From Raillietiella orientalis (Eukaryota), in NCBI GenBank assembly GCA_036172245.1, contig JAYWIR010000023.1, positions 2,480,001 through 2,544,000 of the forward strand: 64,000 nt of DNA, written 5' to 3'. The notes under the pieces are model-generated. The model searched no databases. It was not told the DNA's origin and saw only the letters and a program-made list of their open reading frames with translations. Positions 48,501 through 60,054 of the stretch are shown piece by piece. A program made the position numbers and the translations under genes. Each line of letters opens with the position of its first letter. Position 1 is the first letter of the stretch.

Positions 48501-49724
48501 GGGTGCCGGGAGGTCGACCCCCTAGCAGCTGCCCTTCCCTGTGTGCCTCCCGGTGGCATTTCACCTTCTCCCTTCGGAATCCTGGCCTCGGGCCACAGCT
48601 ACAGCCCTGACAGCGGGAGTTGCTCTCTCTGTGGGAAGGGACGAGAAGGCCGGCCGACGTAGGCGTGAGTTTTCCGCTTCCCTCCCCCCTCGCCCCTAAG
48701 GAGTGGCCTCCTAGCTCCTAGGTGGAATGGTTGGTTGGCCAGCTGGCAGGCGCGGCAACTAAATCGGAAGGACCTACTCCGGCAGGGTGGGTATCCTGGA
48801 CGATCCGGCGCTCATTCCATGCTGATGTCTCCAAGTTCTCCCTCAGGAGACAGCGCGCTGTCAGGCTGCGGCGGGCCTTCCTTTGCAAAGAGCGCCTCTG
48901 TGCGACAGATAGGGGAGGGGAGGAGAGCTTCTATCGAACTCAGCGCCAGGTGCGGGTTCTTTCCTGCCGCGTTTCTCCGTTGGACTGTGGCGCCCTCCGG
49001 CGCGGTCGGCGGCGGTGCTCGGCAGGACAGCCTTTGCCGCACCCGGCGGACGCCTGCGGGCGCTTCACCTCCACGCAAGAGCAGCTTCCGCCCGCCTCAG
49101 CGGTCGCAACGCCACGCTGCGTCCTCGGAGTGACGGCTCGTTGCGCAACAGAGCCGCGGGGCTGAGACGCCGGATGACCTCCTCCAGGTGCAGGAGAGAG
49201 CGACGAGACGGCGTCCCTCCTGAGGGAGGAAGAGGAAGTGGGGTGGGGGTAGGGGCAAGGGAAGGAGTCTCCGCGTCTCCGCCCTCGCCACGTGCCGGCC
49301 TCGTAAGACGAGCCGCTCAGAATCGCTGTTCCCCGTTTTGCGTTCTTCGCCCGCTTACCTGCTGCCTCTGCGCTTGCACGTCGTCGACTCTTCGCCGTGG
49401 CCGATCCAGGACAGGGCTCAGAGGAATGATCCGTCGAAAAGGAGCACGTGTGATGCTGAGGGCGCGCGAACTCCGCAGATTGACCATTGCATATCCGCTG
49501 CCAACCCGAGCTGGACGGCGTGTGGCCGTGGGAGGGCTTCCGAGCACGGCACCGTCGCGGGTTCAAGTCGCTTCCCCATCGGCTATCGTCGCCGAGAAGT
49601 GAATGCATCGCGGTTTCCAGACCTTCACCCCACCCCTTCCCCTCGCAAGGGCTCTGATTGGCCCACGGGCTTCGGGTGCGGAGCTGTAATGATGGCGCTT
49701 GCGCGAACGCTGAAGACCGGATGC

Positions 49725-49940
49725 TCCGGGGTCCCTTCCAGGAGTCACGGAGCTTCGTGTCATGGAATCGTCGACTTCTTCCTCCCTCCTCCTCCTTGAG
49801 GATACCCCTTCGATTTGTGAGAAGCGTACTCCCTTCGGGGTTCCCGTCAGAGGAGTAAACAAGCAGCAGTTCCCTTCCTGGTTCCCTTCCTCCCAGGAGC
49901 AGGAAGGAACGGACTCCATCCTCGAAGTCTCCCTGGATTA
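49725..49940 (-). repeat. Dispersed repeat copy B (inverted relative of 700-1110)
   Basis: Reverse complement contains aatccagg...ggagtccgttcct, gaagggaaccaggaagggaactgctgcttgtttactcctctgacgggaaccccgaaggga and tgactcctggaagggacc, matching 714-742, 938-996 and 1080-1095 in order. Confidence 0.65.
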
Positions 49941-51228
49941 GTTCTGGACTCTCGATGGGGTTTTTCCCTGACTGAGGGTCACACGCACTCACAGGGGGTG
50001 TGACTCACAAGACTCTCTGTCTTGTGAGTCTCTGTGGCGGCCTCTTCCAGCCGCTCAAATGGCCCTTTCGGTTCCTGAGTGCGTAAGGAACCCAAAAGAA
50101 AAGGGAACCGGGAGAAAAAAAAGACAAAAAAAAAAAAAAGCTGGGAGAAGAGCAGCGAATAGAAGAACCCACAGGATTTCCATCATCCTAGGCCGGTAGT
50201 TACGTTCCCCTAAAGAAGTCGCTGTAGGACTTTGAAAGAGGAAAAAAGAAACAGGTGTCGTGCGGGATGAGTGGCACCTTTGCATCATGGCGGGAAGAAC
50301 GGACCTTCGCGCTCATTTCCTGGCAGAGAACGAGCAACCCACACGCATACCGCTGCACGAGGGAAGGAAAAACGCCTCTGCACCGGGGGAAGGAAGGGGA
50401 GGGAGGGGGGAGGGGAGAAATCGCTCTTTCCCCTAGCCGAAGACTAAAGGACTCCATAAAATCTCATCCTGCCTGCCAGTCGTCCGGCCACCCATCGCGA
50501 GTCCTCGCGCATGCGTGGGAACGCCACCCTCGGCGAGCGCCCCGACACCCGCAGCATTGTTGACGATCATCGAAGCCATCGTTTTGGCGGCGTTTCCTTA
50601 GGAACGCGGGCTTCCAACGCGCTGCGCTTCGGACCAGCCTGCACCACCACGCTCTTTCGCTCAGCTAATCGCGAGCTCCGGTGAAAAGCGCTGCAGGAGC
50701 AGATAAAACCTTATCTTCCTCCACTTGGAAAAAATTTTTTCGGGGGGGAGGGGAGCCCAGAGAGCAGTTGATGAGTTTCCTTCCCGTCGGTTGGAGACTG
50801 CCGGACCACTCACCTGGGCACAGTATGGAAACCGCCTGCAAATTCTTTCTCGTGAGCGCCTTGATCGCCAGCATCGGTAACTAAGTGCGCCTCTGCCGCT
50901 CGCGCGTTGAGAATTGTCTTTCTGTTGTTTTTTTATCTGCTGCTTCGTTTCCTTTCCTTACCTGCTGAATGAGCGCATGCGCGTGCACCTTTTGCCGCAT
51001 GCTCTTGTCCTCCTCTTCCCACCCGCGCACCTTCCTTCCTCCCTCTCTCTCGCTCGCTTGCTCGCTCGCTCGTCTTCCTCCTTTTCCACCTCTCGTTTCT
51101 CTCTTCCGCCGGAGTGTCCTCGGGCGTTTTTTTCGCCCGACACAGCGGTCGGCGGCCCAGGCAGCCAGTCTCCTGCCACTTGGCCTCCTCCCCGCGAGAT
51201 GTGCTGTGCGCTTCGCGCGCCTCGCCAT

Positions 51229-51427
51229 CGGCGGCGGCGGCGGCGGCGGCGGTGACGTAGTCGCGACAAGTGTGCAGTGATGGTTTGTTGCTGTGCCGTT
51301 GCGGGAAGGAAAACAGCGGCCCGAAAGCCTCGTAGCAGTAGCGGCAGCTCGTTTTTTCTGTTCTTTTCATTTCCGTTTGTGTGTGTGTATGTATGTATGT
51401 GTGTGCGTGCGTGCGTGCGTGTGTGTG
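51229..51427. repeat. (CGG)8 tract plus compound (GT)n(GTAT)n(GCGT)n microsatellite upstream of MTP
   Basis: (CGG)8 at 51229-51252; compound repeat at about 51377-51427. Confidence 0.9.
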
Positions 51428-51743
51428 TTTTGCCCCCGTCTTGCTCTTCCATCTCCTTTCCTCCCCTGCGTCACGCGTGCGGCGGCTCTGCGGCAAGGTC
51501 GATCACGTGAATAAATTCCGTGCATTTCCCCGGCACGCGCCACCGGCGCGGCATTCCGGCATGCCTCATCTCGCCCGCAGCCCCGCTCGACTGCCCGGCC
51601 TCGACCGAAGTGTGTTGTTCTCTCCCCGACCATCCCCCAGCGCGCGAGACACGACAACGACGACGACGACGAGGGCCCTGCCTGTGTACAACGCGGGCGG
51701 GATGTTCACTCCGTAGGTGTCGCCCCGCGAAACAGAGCATTCG

Positions 51744-54700
51744 ATGCACGTTCCGCGCGCTTCCCCCACGGCTACGACGACGACCACGACGACGCAGAGC
51801 GGAGCGAAGCGGCGGTGCCTTCTGACTCTGTGCGGTGCCTTGCTGCTGCTGCTGCTTCTGCTGCCGTCTCTTCCTCCTCTCCCTCCTCTTCCCTGTGACG
51901 GTTTCATCCTGTCTCCCGACGCAGCGTTCGCCAGGGAATACGAGCTGGGCAAGCTGTACCAGTACGCCTACAGCACCTCGGTTCAGCTGAGCGAGCCGCA
52001 GCCGGCCCGGGGCACCGACGTCGGGTTCGCCATCAATGCCAGCGTGACGCTGACCCCTGTGTGGGCGGATCCCGAAGACTACCGAACCAAGTTCTTCAAG
52101 ATGCAGGTGAGTTCGGGAGAGGGAGCCCTCCCGTGATGGGCCGTTCCCGAGACTTCTCCTGGTCTGCTCCCCTTCTTCCCCCGCCCTCTCCCCTTCCTGG
52201 AAGCGCCGCATTCGCGCGGCGGCCGCCACGAGCGCGCGTTCAATTGCCTCTTCCCTGCTGGCGCCGGCAGAGTTCTCGCGCGGAAGCAACGGTGGGCGCG
52301 CGCGCGCACGGTTCAACGCGTGACCTTGACACCGGCGCGCTCGCGCACAAAGTGCAGAGAGGGAGAGAGGAGGAGGAGGAGGAGGTAGGGAAGAGGGGGA
52401 CGGGTCAAGAAAAAGAAAAAAAAAAATAGACGGGCATGTTTGACGACCGCCTCCGCCCGAGAGGCGGTGCGGCAAACTCGTTCGATCCCGTCGCGTTCGG
52501 GCGACTCCGGGTGAGCGGGCGGCGGAGGGGTCGAGCTCGAGGAAGAGTTGAGAGGGAAGAAAGGTCTCGGCTTCTGCTATCACGGCAGCCGGTGAAGGGG
52601 AGCGTGGGGAGGGGAGCGAGGTGTGCAGCTTCGGTCCTGTCTCGGAGACGGATCCTGTCGTCCCTCTCCCTCGCTCACCCTCGGCGCTTTCCGCGGACGC
52701 CTGCATCCTCTCCCCTTTTCCCTCTCCTCCTTGCCTGATGGGTCGCATCGTCGGCGCACTCCGAGTGGGAAGGAGCGACTGGGCACAAATTCGGCGGCGC
52801 TTCGGGCAACGGAGGTTCCCGGAGGACTCGTGCTTTCTCCCAGTAGAGGGAGAGAGGTGCTCGCTGCCAGTTCGCATCCTTCCGGAAGGGGATTCGCTCG
52901 TTTCCTTCAGAGGTAAGGGTCGTTCCCGTTCCCAAGATCCCGGAAGCTTCTGCGTGAGCTTGGAGCGGAAAGTGACCCGTCGGACCCGCTCGAGCCAGGT
53001 CACCTCACGATCGTGAGGTCCCACGGGAGGCTCGCCTTGCCCACCCGTGAAGGGTACGACCCACTGGCAGTGACGGCAGCGTCCCGAGCGGACGAGGAGG
53101 GCACGGTCTCGAGAAGGAGATGGCGCGTGCGACTGCCCGCCTGCGTGCGCCCTCGATGGCAACTCGTTCTCTGCCGACAGTGGCGCGTGCTGGGACGGGC
53201 GGTAGGTGGGGGGAGGAACCATGAAAACTGGGTAGTCCAGGAGCTGAGCACTCCCGCATACGAAGAGGGAACGTAGGGTGAGTGGGAAAGGGGAATTGTG
53301 GTGAATCCCACGTTTCTGTGGGACAGCAAAGAGTAGCAGACGACGACCTTCACGACCTGCCCCACGGAATGGGGAGGGAGGGCAGGAGCGAATTGGTCTC
53401 GTGCCGCGCTCTCTCCTCTAGAGTGAGGTTCCATGAATTCCGAACCACCCAGCGCGTAGGTGCACGCAACACAGAGCTTTCCTCCTCCCTGGGTTTTGGT
53501 GTGCGTGCGCGTGGAAGAGGGGTGAGGACGGGGGATGAGCGCGAAGGGAAGCCGTTTGCTACCATCGTTCCCCATCCTTGTTTCCGTCGCTTCCCTGCTT
53601 CCTTCCCTGCGCCACTAGGGAGAGGAGAAGGACCTAGGCGACGGTGCGGCGACCCTTGCCTCACGGAGGTCCGCTTGTGTGACCTTTCTCTTTCGTTCTC
53701 ACAACCGTGCGTGACCCTGTGCGGCTTGCGAGCTCGCGAAGGATCCCTGTGAAACGTTCTGTGTCCTCAGCTCCAGGGGCCTCAGCTTCTAATCAAGTCC
53801 AGGAGGGCCCCATCCCCTGAGGGCTTCGTGGAACATTCCTCCTGCCTGAACCAGGAGTCCAAGACCACCCTCTACTTCCTTCGCAACAACGGCATCATCA
53901 CGAACGTCTTCGTTCCCGAAGGAGACCTGCCAGTCGTCAGCAACATCAAGAAAGGAATAGCCAGCCTGTTTCAGGTGAGCCCACCTTGCCGCATGTTTCC
54001 GCCTCCGCAGCTGCATGGCAACGCCGCGGTGTGCCGACACTGCACTCTGCTTCTCGGTCCCTGATCCCTCTCTCCCCCAGTAGGAGAAGATTCGCTCACA
54101 TAGGGTCTAGGATGTTTTTTTTTCTCTCTCTCTCTCTCCCTCCCCAGGGCAGAGGGGGGGGGGAAACGACCACCATCCAGGGAAAAGTCTTTTTGCCTTC
54201 TCTCTGACCTTCGAACGAAGCTGCTCGGAGTCAGAGGAGGGGGAGCAGCAAGTGACTTCAGGCTGGCGACACCGCGGGTTCTCCGGTCTAGCTGACCTCC
54301 TGCCTCTCTTGTTTCTCTTTCAGTACCAGCCGGGCACGCACAACGCTATCGAGGTCGATTCCTCCGGCATCTGTCAGGCAAGCTACCGCGACCTGGACGG
54401 CTATCACCTCGAAAAGGTCAAGTCCGGATGCAGGCCGAGCGATGAGGCGCACCACCTGTTTCGGAACAACAAGGCACGTGCAAGACGGTCAGTCAGATGG
54501 GACCGAAACATTTGAAACTAACGAGAATCCTCTCTTCCCGGAAACAGGTCCTAACCCCGGAGCTGGAGTCCCGCCAGCGCGCGACTCTCACCCTGGACAA
54601 GCACCGGATGCACATACAAAAGGCAGAGAGTGAGGAGACAGTCCTGGCGCGCCTCACCAACCTGAAGGAAGTGGCGGGCAGCATCACCGTCAGGCAGCAC

Positions 54701-57700
54701 CTGCATCTCAAGAGTGAGTTGTTGCACTCTCGCGGGGGGGGGGGGGGTGTTCCTCTGCTCCCATCCTCCTACGGTCTGCGATCGGGGGCACATCGCGTCG
54801 CCCGTCCGTGGAATTTTCTGGCCGATGGCTCCGCGGACGGCAGCTTGCCTCCACCCATGGGACCAGAAGTCTTGAGGGTACCCGACACGGACACCATTTT
54901 CTCCTGCCTCCCTTCCCTTTCCTTCTTCCCCTCCTTGCTTCATCCCTGTTTTTTGCACGCACTGCTGACCGCCGCCGGAAAGGTTCCACGGCGGCGTGGC
55001 GCCGTGGGTGGGCGAGGATCGCGGTCACCTGGTGCGAGGGGAGGTGCGAACGTCCCGGACGCATCCACATGCTCTGGAGGTGCGACAAGAGCGGACCCGC
55101 GGAGATGCGAAAGCCCAGGACGTCGCTCGCGTCGAATAAGACCGATGCATGAGGGTGGCGGTTCTCGGCCGCGTCCAATCGGCGGCGGCGCTGTCCACGT
55201 TTTTTCGGTCGGCGCGCGCAACCGGAGCCTGGCTGGTCGTTGTCGCCGTGCGATCATGCGCCAGCGCCGGGATCTTGAGGCAAGGACTGCCAGCCGCGTC
55301 TTTCTGTGCATCCAGCGGCGATCTTTGAGGAGGAAGCGAGGGACGAGGTAGCGCAAGATGACGGTGTTTCTTGCAAAGACTCACACAGAAGACAAGGTTG
55401 CGGCAGGGGAGCCCTAGGGACTCCTGCAGCAAGCAAGCACACGGGAGAAGAATTCTTTGTTCCCTTCAGAACCCCTTCTGTCTTCTACCGGCGCCGTAAG
55501 GCAGATGGTGGTTCGTTTCCTTGCAGAGCGATCTCAGACACTCCCGAAAATGTGAAACGTTTCCTCCCCCTCCTCCACCGTCACCTCGTGCTGCACCTTC
55601 GGCCTCCTCTCCCTTCCCCCTGCTCGCTGGGAGACGCGCGCGCACGAGCACAGCACTTGTCTCAGCCGTGCCATCGAGGTGGTGGTGGTGGGGAGGAAAA
55701 TCCCCTCCCCTTTTGCTTTCGCCTCCCTCGAACCTCAGTGGGCAAGGGAAATGAACCTGCATCGATTGCGCTATACACATGGTAAGCCATGTTCGCTGGG
55801 GTCACCAGGGACTCCATGTCTTTGGCTACTGAAGAGAAAGAGAGGCAGAAGGAACTCGTGAAAGGTCACAGCTTTGCGACTTGCCTCGGGCTTGTTCAGC
55901 TGCCAAGCAAAGGATGAGAGTTGCGAAACGCACCAGAAAGCTGGGAGAAGGGGTCGACGAGCCTGGAAGACTCGGCGTGAGGAACAACTGGAAGGGCGAA
56001 TTCCGTCTTTCTTGGCACTTCAGCCTGGGTACTCGCCGCCATGGCAGAGCCAGCGACTGTGGCGGCGCGCTCGGCGCGAGCGAGTTCGCCGCCACTTGGA
56101 TCGAAGCAGCAGAAACGCACCGCTCCTATCTGGAGGGAACCAGGTGTGATCCAGGATGCGCGCGGGTATGTTTGCAGCCGCCGATGCAGATGCTGTAGGA
56201 CCAGGGGAGATGGGAAGCATCCGTCTCCCTGGTCTGCCAGCAACTTTGGGGTGCGGAGGAACACGTGTAGTGAGAAAAAGGCTCCATCTCCCTTTTTCGT
56301 GTCCAGTTCAGGACCTGCGTGGGGTATCAGCGGCTCACTGGAAGGATGCGTCCTGAGGGGAAGGGACAGTTTCTGCGGGTACAGGCAGCAGAAACTGGCA
56401 TTCATCTCCGCCGAGTTCGGGCGGCGTCGAAAAGGAGCATGAGAGCGAGAAAGCCCGGATTGCTCCTCCGCTTCCAGTCCTCAGTCTCCTCTTTTTGTTG
56501 CCCCCGTTCATCCTCGTTCTTCGCTCCCCTCTTTTCTCTTTTCGTCCTCTCGCCTCCTCCTCTGATGGCGCACACGAGCACGCAGAGCTTGTCGCTGCTG
56601 CGCCATCAAGTGAGGCGGCTGTCAGATTAGGGAGAGCATCGATGACTGAAGTCGCTTTCGCCTCTCAGCAGCAGGTGATGGCACCGTAGGCTTTTAAGGA
56701 GGGGAGGGAGGGAAGCGGTTCTGAAGGATGCGGGAGATCCAGTGCTTTCTCCGCCATTGCTGGAGGCGGTTGTGCCGAAAGGAAGGAGGGTTTACGCTCC
56801 ACAAGTTCGGATATAGGGTCTTCCCGGACTTTCAGCAAAGGGCCGCAGGCTCTCGGGGGGACTGTTCACTCCCTCCGGACGGGAGCGGTGGCCGTGTGCC
56901 CTCCCGCCTCGACCTCGCGGCGACTAATTTGCATTTGCCCACGTTGTGATCTCCCCGCGAGTCCCTGCTCTCCTCCTGTGGGTGGAGGGCTGGGGCCCCT
57001 CTCTCCCGAGGTCGCCACGCACAACGCTGGCGCTCCAGACCCTTAGCTGTTGGTCGCCCAGGCCCTCAGGGACCGTGGGGGACGACCTGACAATCGAACC
57101 CCACGGCGAGCCCTCCATCGCGAAGAGGTCTTCTTCTCAACTCCACTCTCCTTTTTGAGGACGCCCACCTTCTCGCTATATGCCGGCCAGCGGCGTGCGT
57201 GTTCTCCCACAGCACGCTTCCGTTGGCGCCGGGTAGGGGAGGGAGCTCCGGTGATGCCCTGCGCGTTTCTGGAAAGATGCAAAATAGGGTCGAGGAAGGG
57301 GGAGGACTTCCCAGTCAGTCTTTCATGGAAGGGGGTGGGGTCTTTTCATGGGAGCCATCTGCTCCGGGAGAGAAGCTATTAGACCTGCTGCGGCGGACAG
57401 GAAAAGCACTGCGGCAAAGCCTTCTGGCTCACTTGCTGATGACAACTTCCTGCGACTTCCCTTTTCACTTCCGGGAGAAGCTTCTTGGCTCCTTCGTCAT
57501 CCTCAGTTCCTGCCGTAGCTTGCTCAGTGACCTACCTCCTCTTCCTCTCCCTCCGTCTTCTGGGCTCTCAGAGGGAAGGGGTGTTTTTTTTCTGCTTCAT
57601 CTGGAGATGGCACCCTGGGCGCGCGGCTGGATCCTATGACAGAGGAGGGATGTGGTCCAGAGTTAAACGTTTTCCTCCCTTTTGCGCCTCCTCCTCCTCC

Positions 57701-60054
57701 CTGCTCTGCCCTTCCTTGCGTTCCGGAGTTTCACGCTCTTGTCGCTCTTCAGGGACCCACGTATCCAGGGAACTTCTGAGCGGGAGCTGGAACGAGATCC
57801 TGAAGCAGGCCAGCGACAACGAAGGGAGGCCTCTGGTCGTCAAGAATCTCGTGTCGGAGGAGGAGATGCCGCGTTGCTGGGCCGACTGCAAGAACGTGAG
57901 TAGTCACGGGTGCGCAGGCCGGCACCGTGCCGCCCGCTCCCTGTGTCGGGGCAGGTCGAGGCAGTCGTAAAGGAGGAAAAGGAAAATCTGAGCCCGTCCA
58001 GCCTGGCCACTCTTAGGAACATCAAGGCGTTCTTGAAGCTGTTGACCGAGTTCCGGAACGCAGACCAGCCGACCCTCACGAAGCTGCTGAAGGACCACCG
58101 CCGCAAGTCCTACTTGTAAGAGTTATTCCCCTCTTCTTTCTTCCCCCCCTCCCCTGCTCCTCCCCTTCTTTCCGGAGGGAGCGGGAAAAAACGGAACGAG
58201 GGTTCTTCTCTCAGCCCCCAGCTCCTGGACGTTCTCGCGGCCGCGCAGACGATCTCTGCGCACGAGGCGGCGATGGGCGCCGTCTGGCCCAAGGCTGCAG
58301 AGCTGCACCTGGTCGAGAGGTACCTTCTTGGAGTGAGCCTGTCGTCCCACCCGTCCGAGTACCTGATCCGAGGTTTGTGCGCGGGGGCCGTCGCCAAGGG
58401 AGCGCGCCGCCTCCCCTCCCTCCAGATCTGCTGAAGCGTTGCCAGGCACTCAAGGCTCCTGGCGAGAAGCTGGAGCAGACCCTTCTGCTCACGCTTGCCT
58501 CCGTCACCAAGACGTTCGTCGTCAATGCTGCCGCAGGAGGAGCCGGAAGAGAGGGACAGGAGGCGCAGGTTCGTGGGGAAGGGAATCATTCTCCTTCCTC
58601 CCCCTTCTTCTCTTCCCCCCCTCCTCGCCCTCCCTCCCTCCCTCCCTTCCCGAAAAGTTCCTTTTCCTATTCGAAAAATTCCATCTTTCTCTCCTGCAGA
58701 TCGTCCGGGACGTCAGCTCCTTCTTCCTGAGTTCACTGGGCCAGTGCGGCGACCACGACATCGACTGCCGGGTAGTTTACCTGCGGGCGCTGAAGAACCT
58801 GCCCCGGGAGGAGCACGTGGGTGTCCTGGTCAGATACGCCCAGGTCTCGGACAGGAAGGTTACCCTGGCTGCCCTGGAGACGCTCCACGCATACCCGGGC
58901 GAGCTGCTGGACGATGGTTCTCGGAGCGTCCTGAGCAAGATCTTCCACCAGCTCCGTCAGAGGCACGATCCGGTCACACGCGCACTGGCCGCCGACATCC
59001 TCATCCGGGAGCGTCCCTCCAGCGCACTGATCCGGCAGATCCTGGAGTCTTTCTCGTCTCCGGGAGGTGGCTCCCGCGACTTGAACCAATTCGTGCTCCA
59101 GAGGATCCGCGACCGCTGCGTCTGCGACGCGTCCCTGAAGGAGGCACTGGAGACAGTACTCAGCGATCCCCGCCTGCACAACTATGGCGTGCTCGCGCAG
59201 CGCGGCCTCTCAACGTCGTTCACGCGCACGCTGTACTCCCACCCGGACAACGGCAACTGCACCTTCACGACCGCCATGCAGACCGCGGGTGCCATGCTCA
59301 AGAGGAGCACCTTCGACCTGGATGTGCGGTCGGACGACGCATCCCTGCGCCTCCTGTCGGTCAGTGCCTTCGGATGCCTGGGCGTGGCTGTCACGCTGCT
59401 CCCTAGTTCACGCTCTTCGTCTCGGGGCAGAACTTCTTCCCCAGCGGTGGCGGTGGTGACCCGGAGGACGAAGAAACCGACCAGCCGGCCACCGCCGGCA
59501 TGGAGTTCGCCCTGCTCGGCAGCCAGTTGCGGCCGTTCGTCTTCTTCAGCGGGAGGGGGGAGCTGATGGGCCACGTGATGTCGGGCACGGCGTCCGACCG
59601 CACCACGGCGCTCCAGGTGACCTGGACGATGGTGGTGATGACCCATTCCTCCCTCGCGTCTTTCCCCAGGCCACCGTCCTGCTTCACGATCACAGCGAGC
59701 CCATCCTCCTGCACAACGGGTTCGCGGCCCGGCTGATCCTCCTGGGGGCCGCGTCGTTTGACTTCAGTGGGCAAGTGCAGGTCAGCCTCTGGAACCGGAA
59801 CTCTCACTCCCTGGTGGAGAATAGGCAAGGAGGAGGGAGGAGGAAAATGGGGGCAGTGCTGGAGGGCCGGCCCTTCTGTTGCGCAGGGCGGCGCTGGTGG
59901 CCCAGGGAGTGTTGCAGATCGATACTTCCGCTGTCAGGAGCCTGGTCCAGTTCAGCGCGGCTACCGAGACACAGATCGACTTCGTTAGTGACCTCAACTT
60001 CTATGACAAGATCGCCCTCTGCCTGCGCATGTCACAGCCGTCCTTTACAGTCAG
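51744..60054 (+). CDS. MTTP: Microsomal triglyceride transfer protein large subunit (large lipid transfer protein family); terminal exon not located
   Basis: Exons 51744-52106, 53771-53974, 54324-54473, 54548-54713, 57753-57895, 57955-58115, 58215-58372, 58426-58568, 58700-59359, 59407-59616, 59670-59824, 59887-60054, all in phase (two GC donors). Motifs: signal peptide, KSRRAPSPEGFVEHSS, NIKKGIASLFQ, EVDSSGIC, PQLLDVLAAAQT, YLRALKNL, HNYGVLAQRGLSTSF, ATAGMEFALLGSQLRPFVFFSGRGELMGHV, VSLWNRNSHSLV, LCLRMSQP. Confidence 0.95.

Noticed and set aside
50881..51228. Minus-strand ATG in a strong Kozak-like (GCC)n context, divergent from MTP
   Set aside because: The context comes from the (CGG)8 microsatellite; the ORF is low-complexity with no downstream exons identified.
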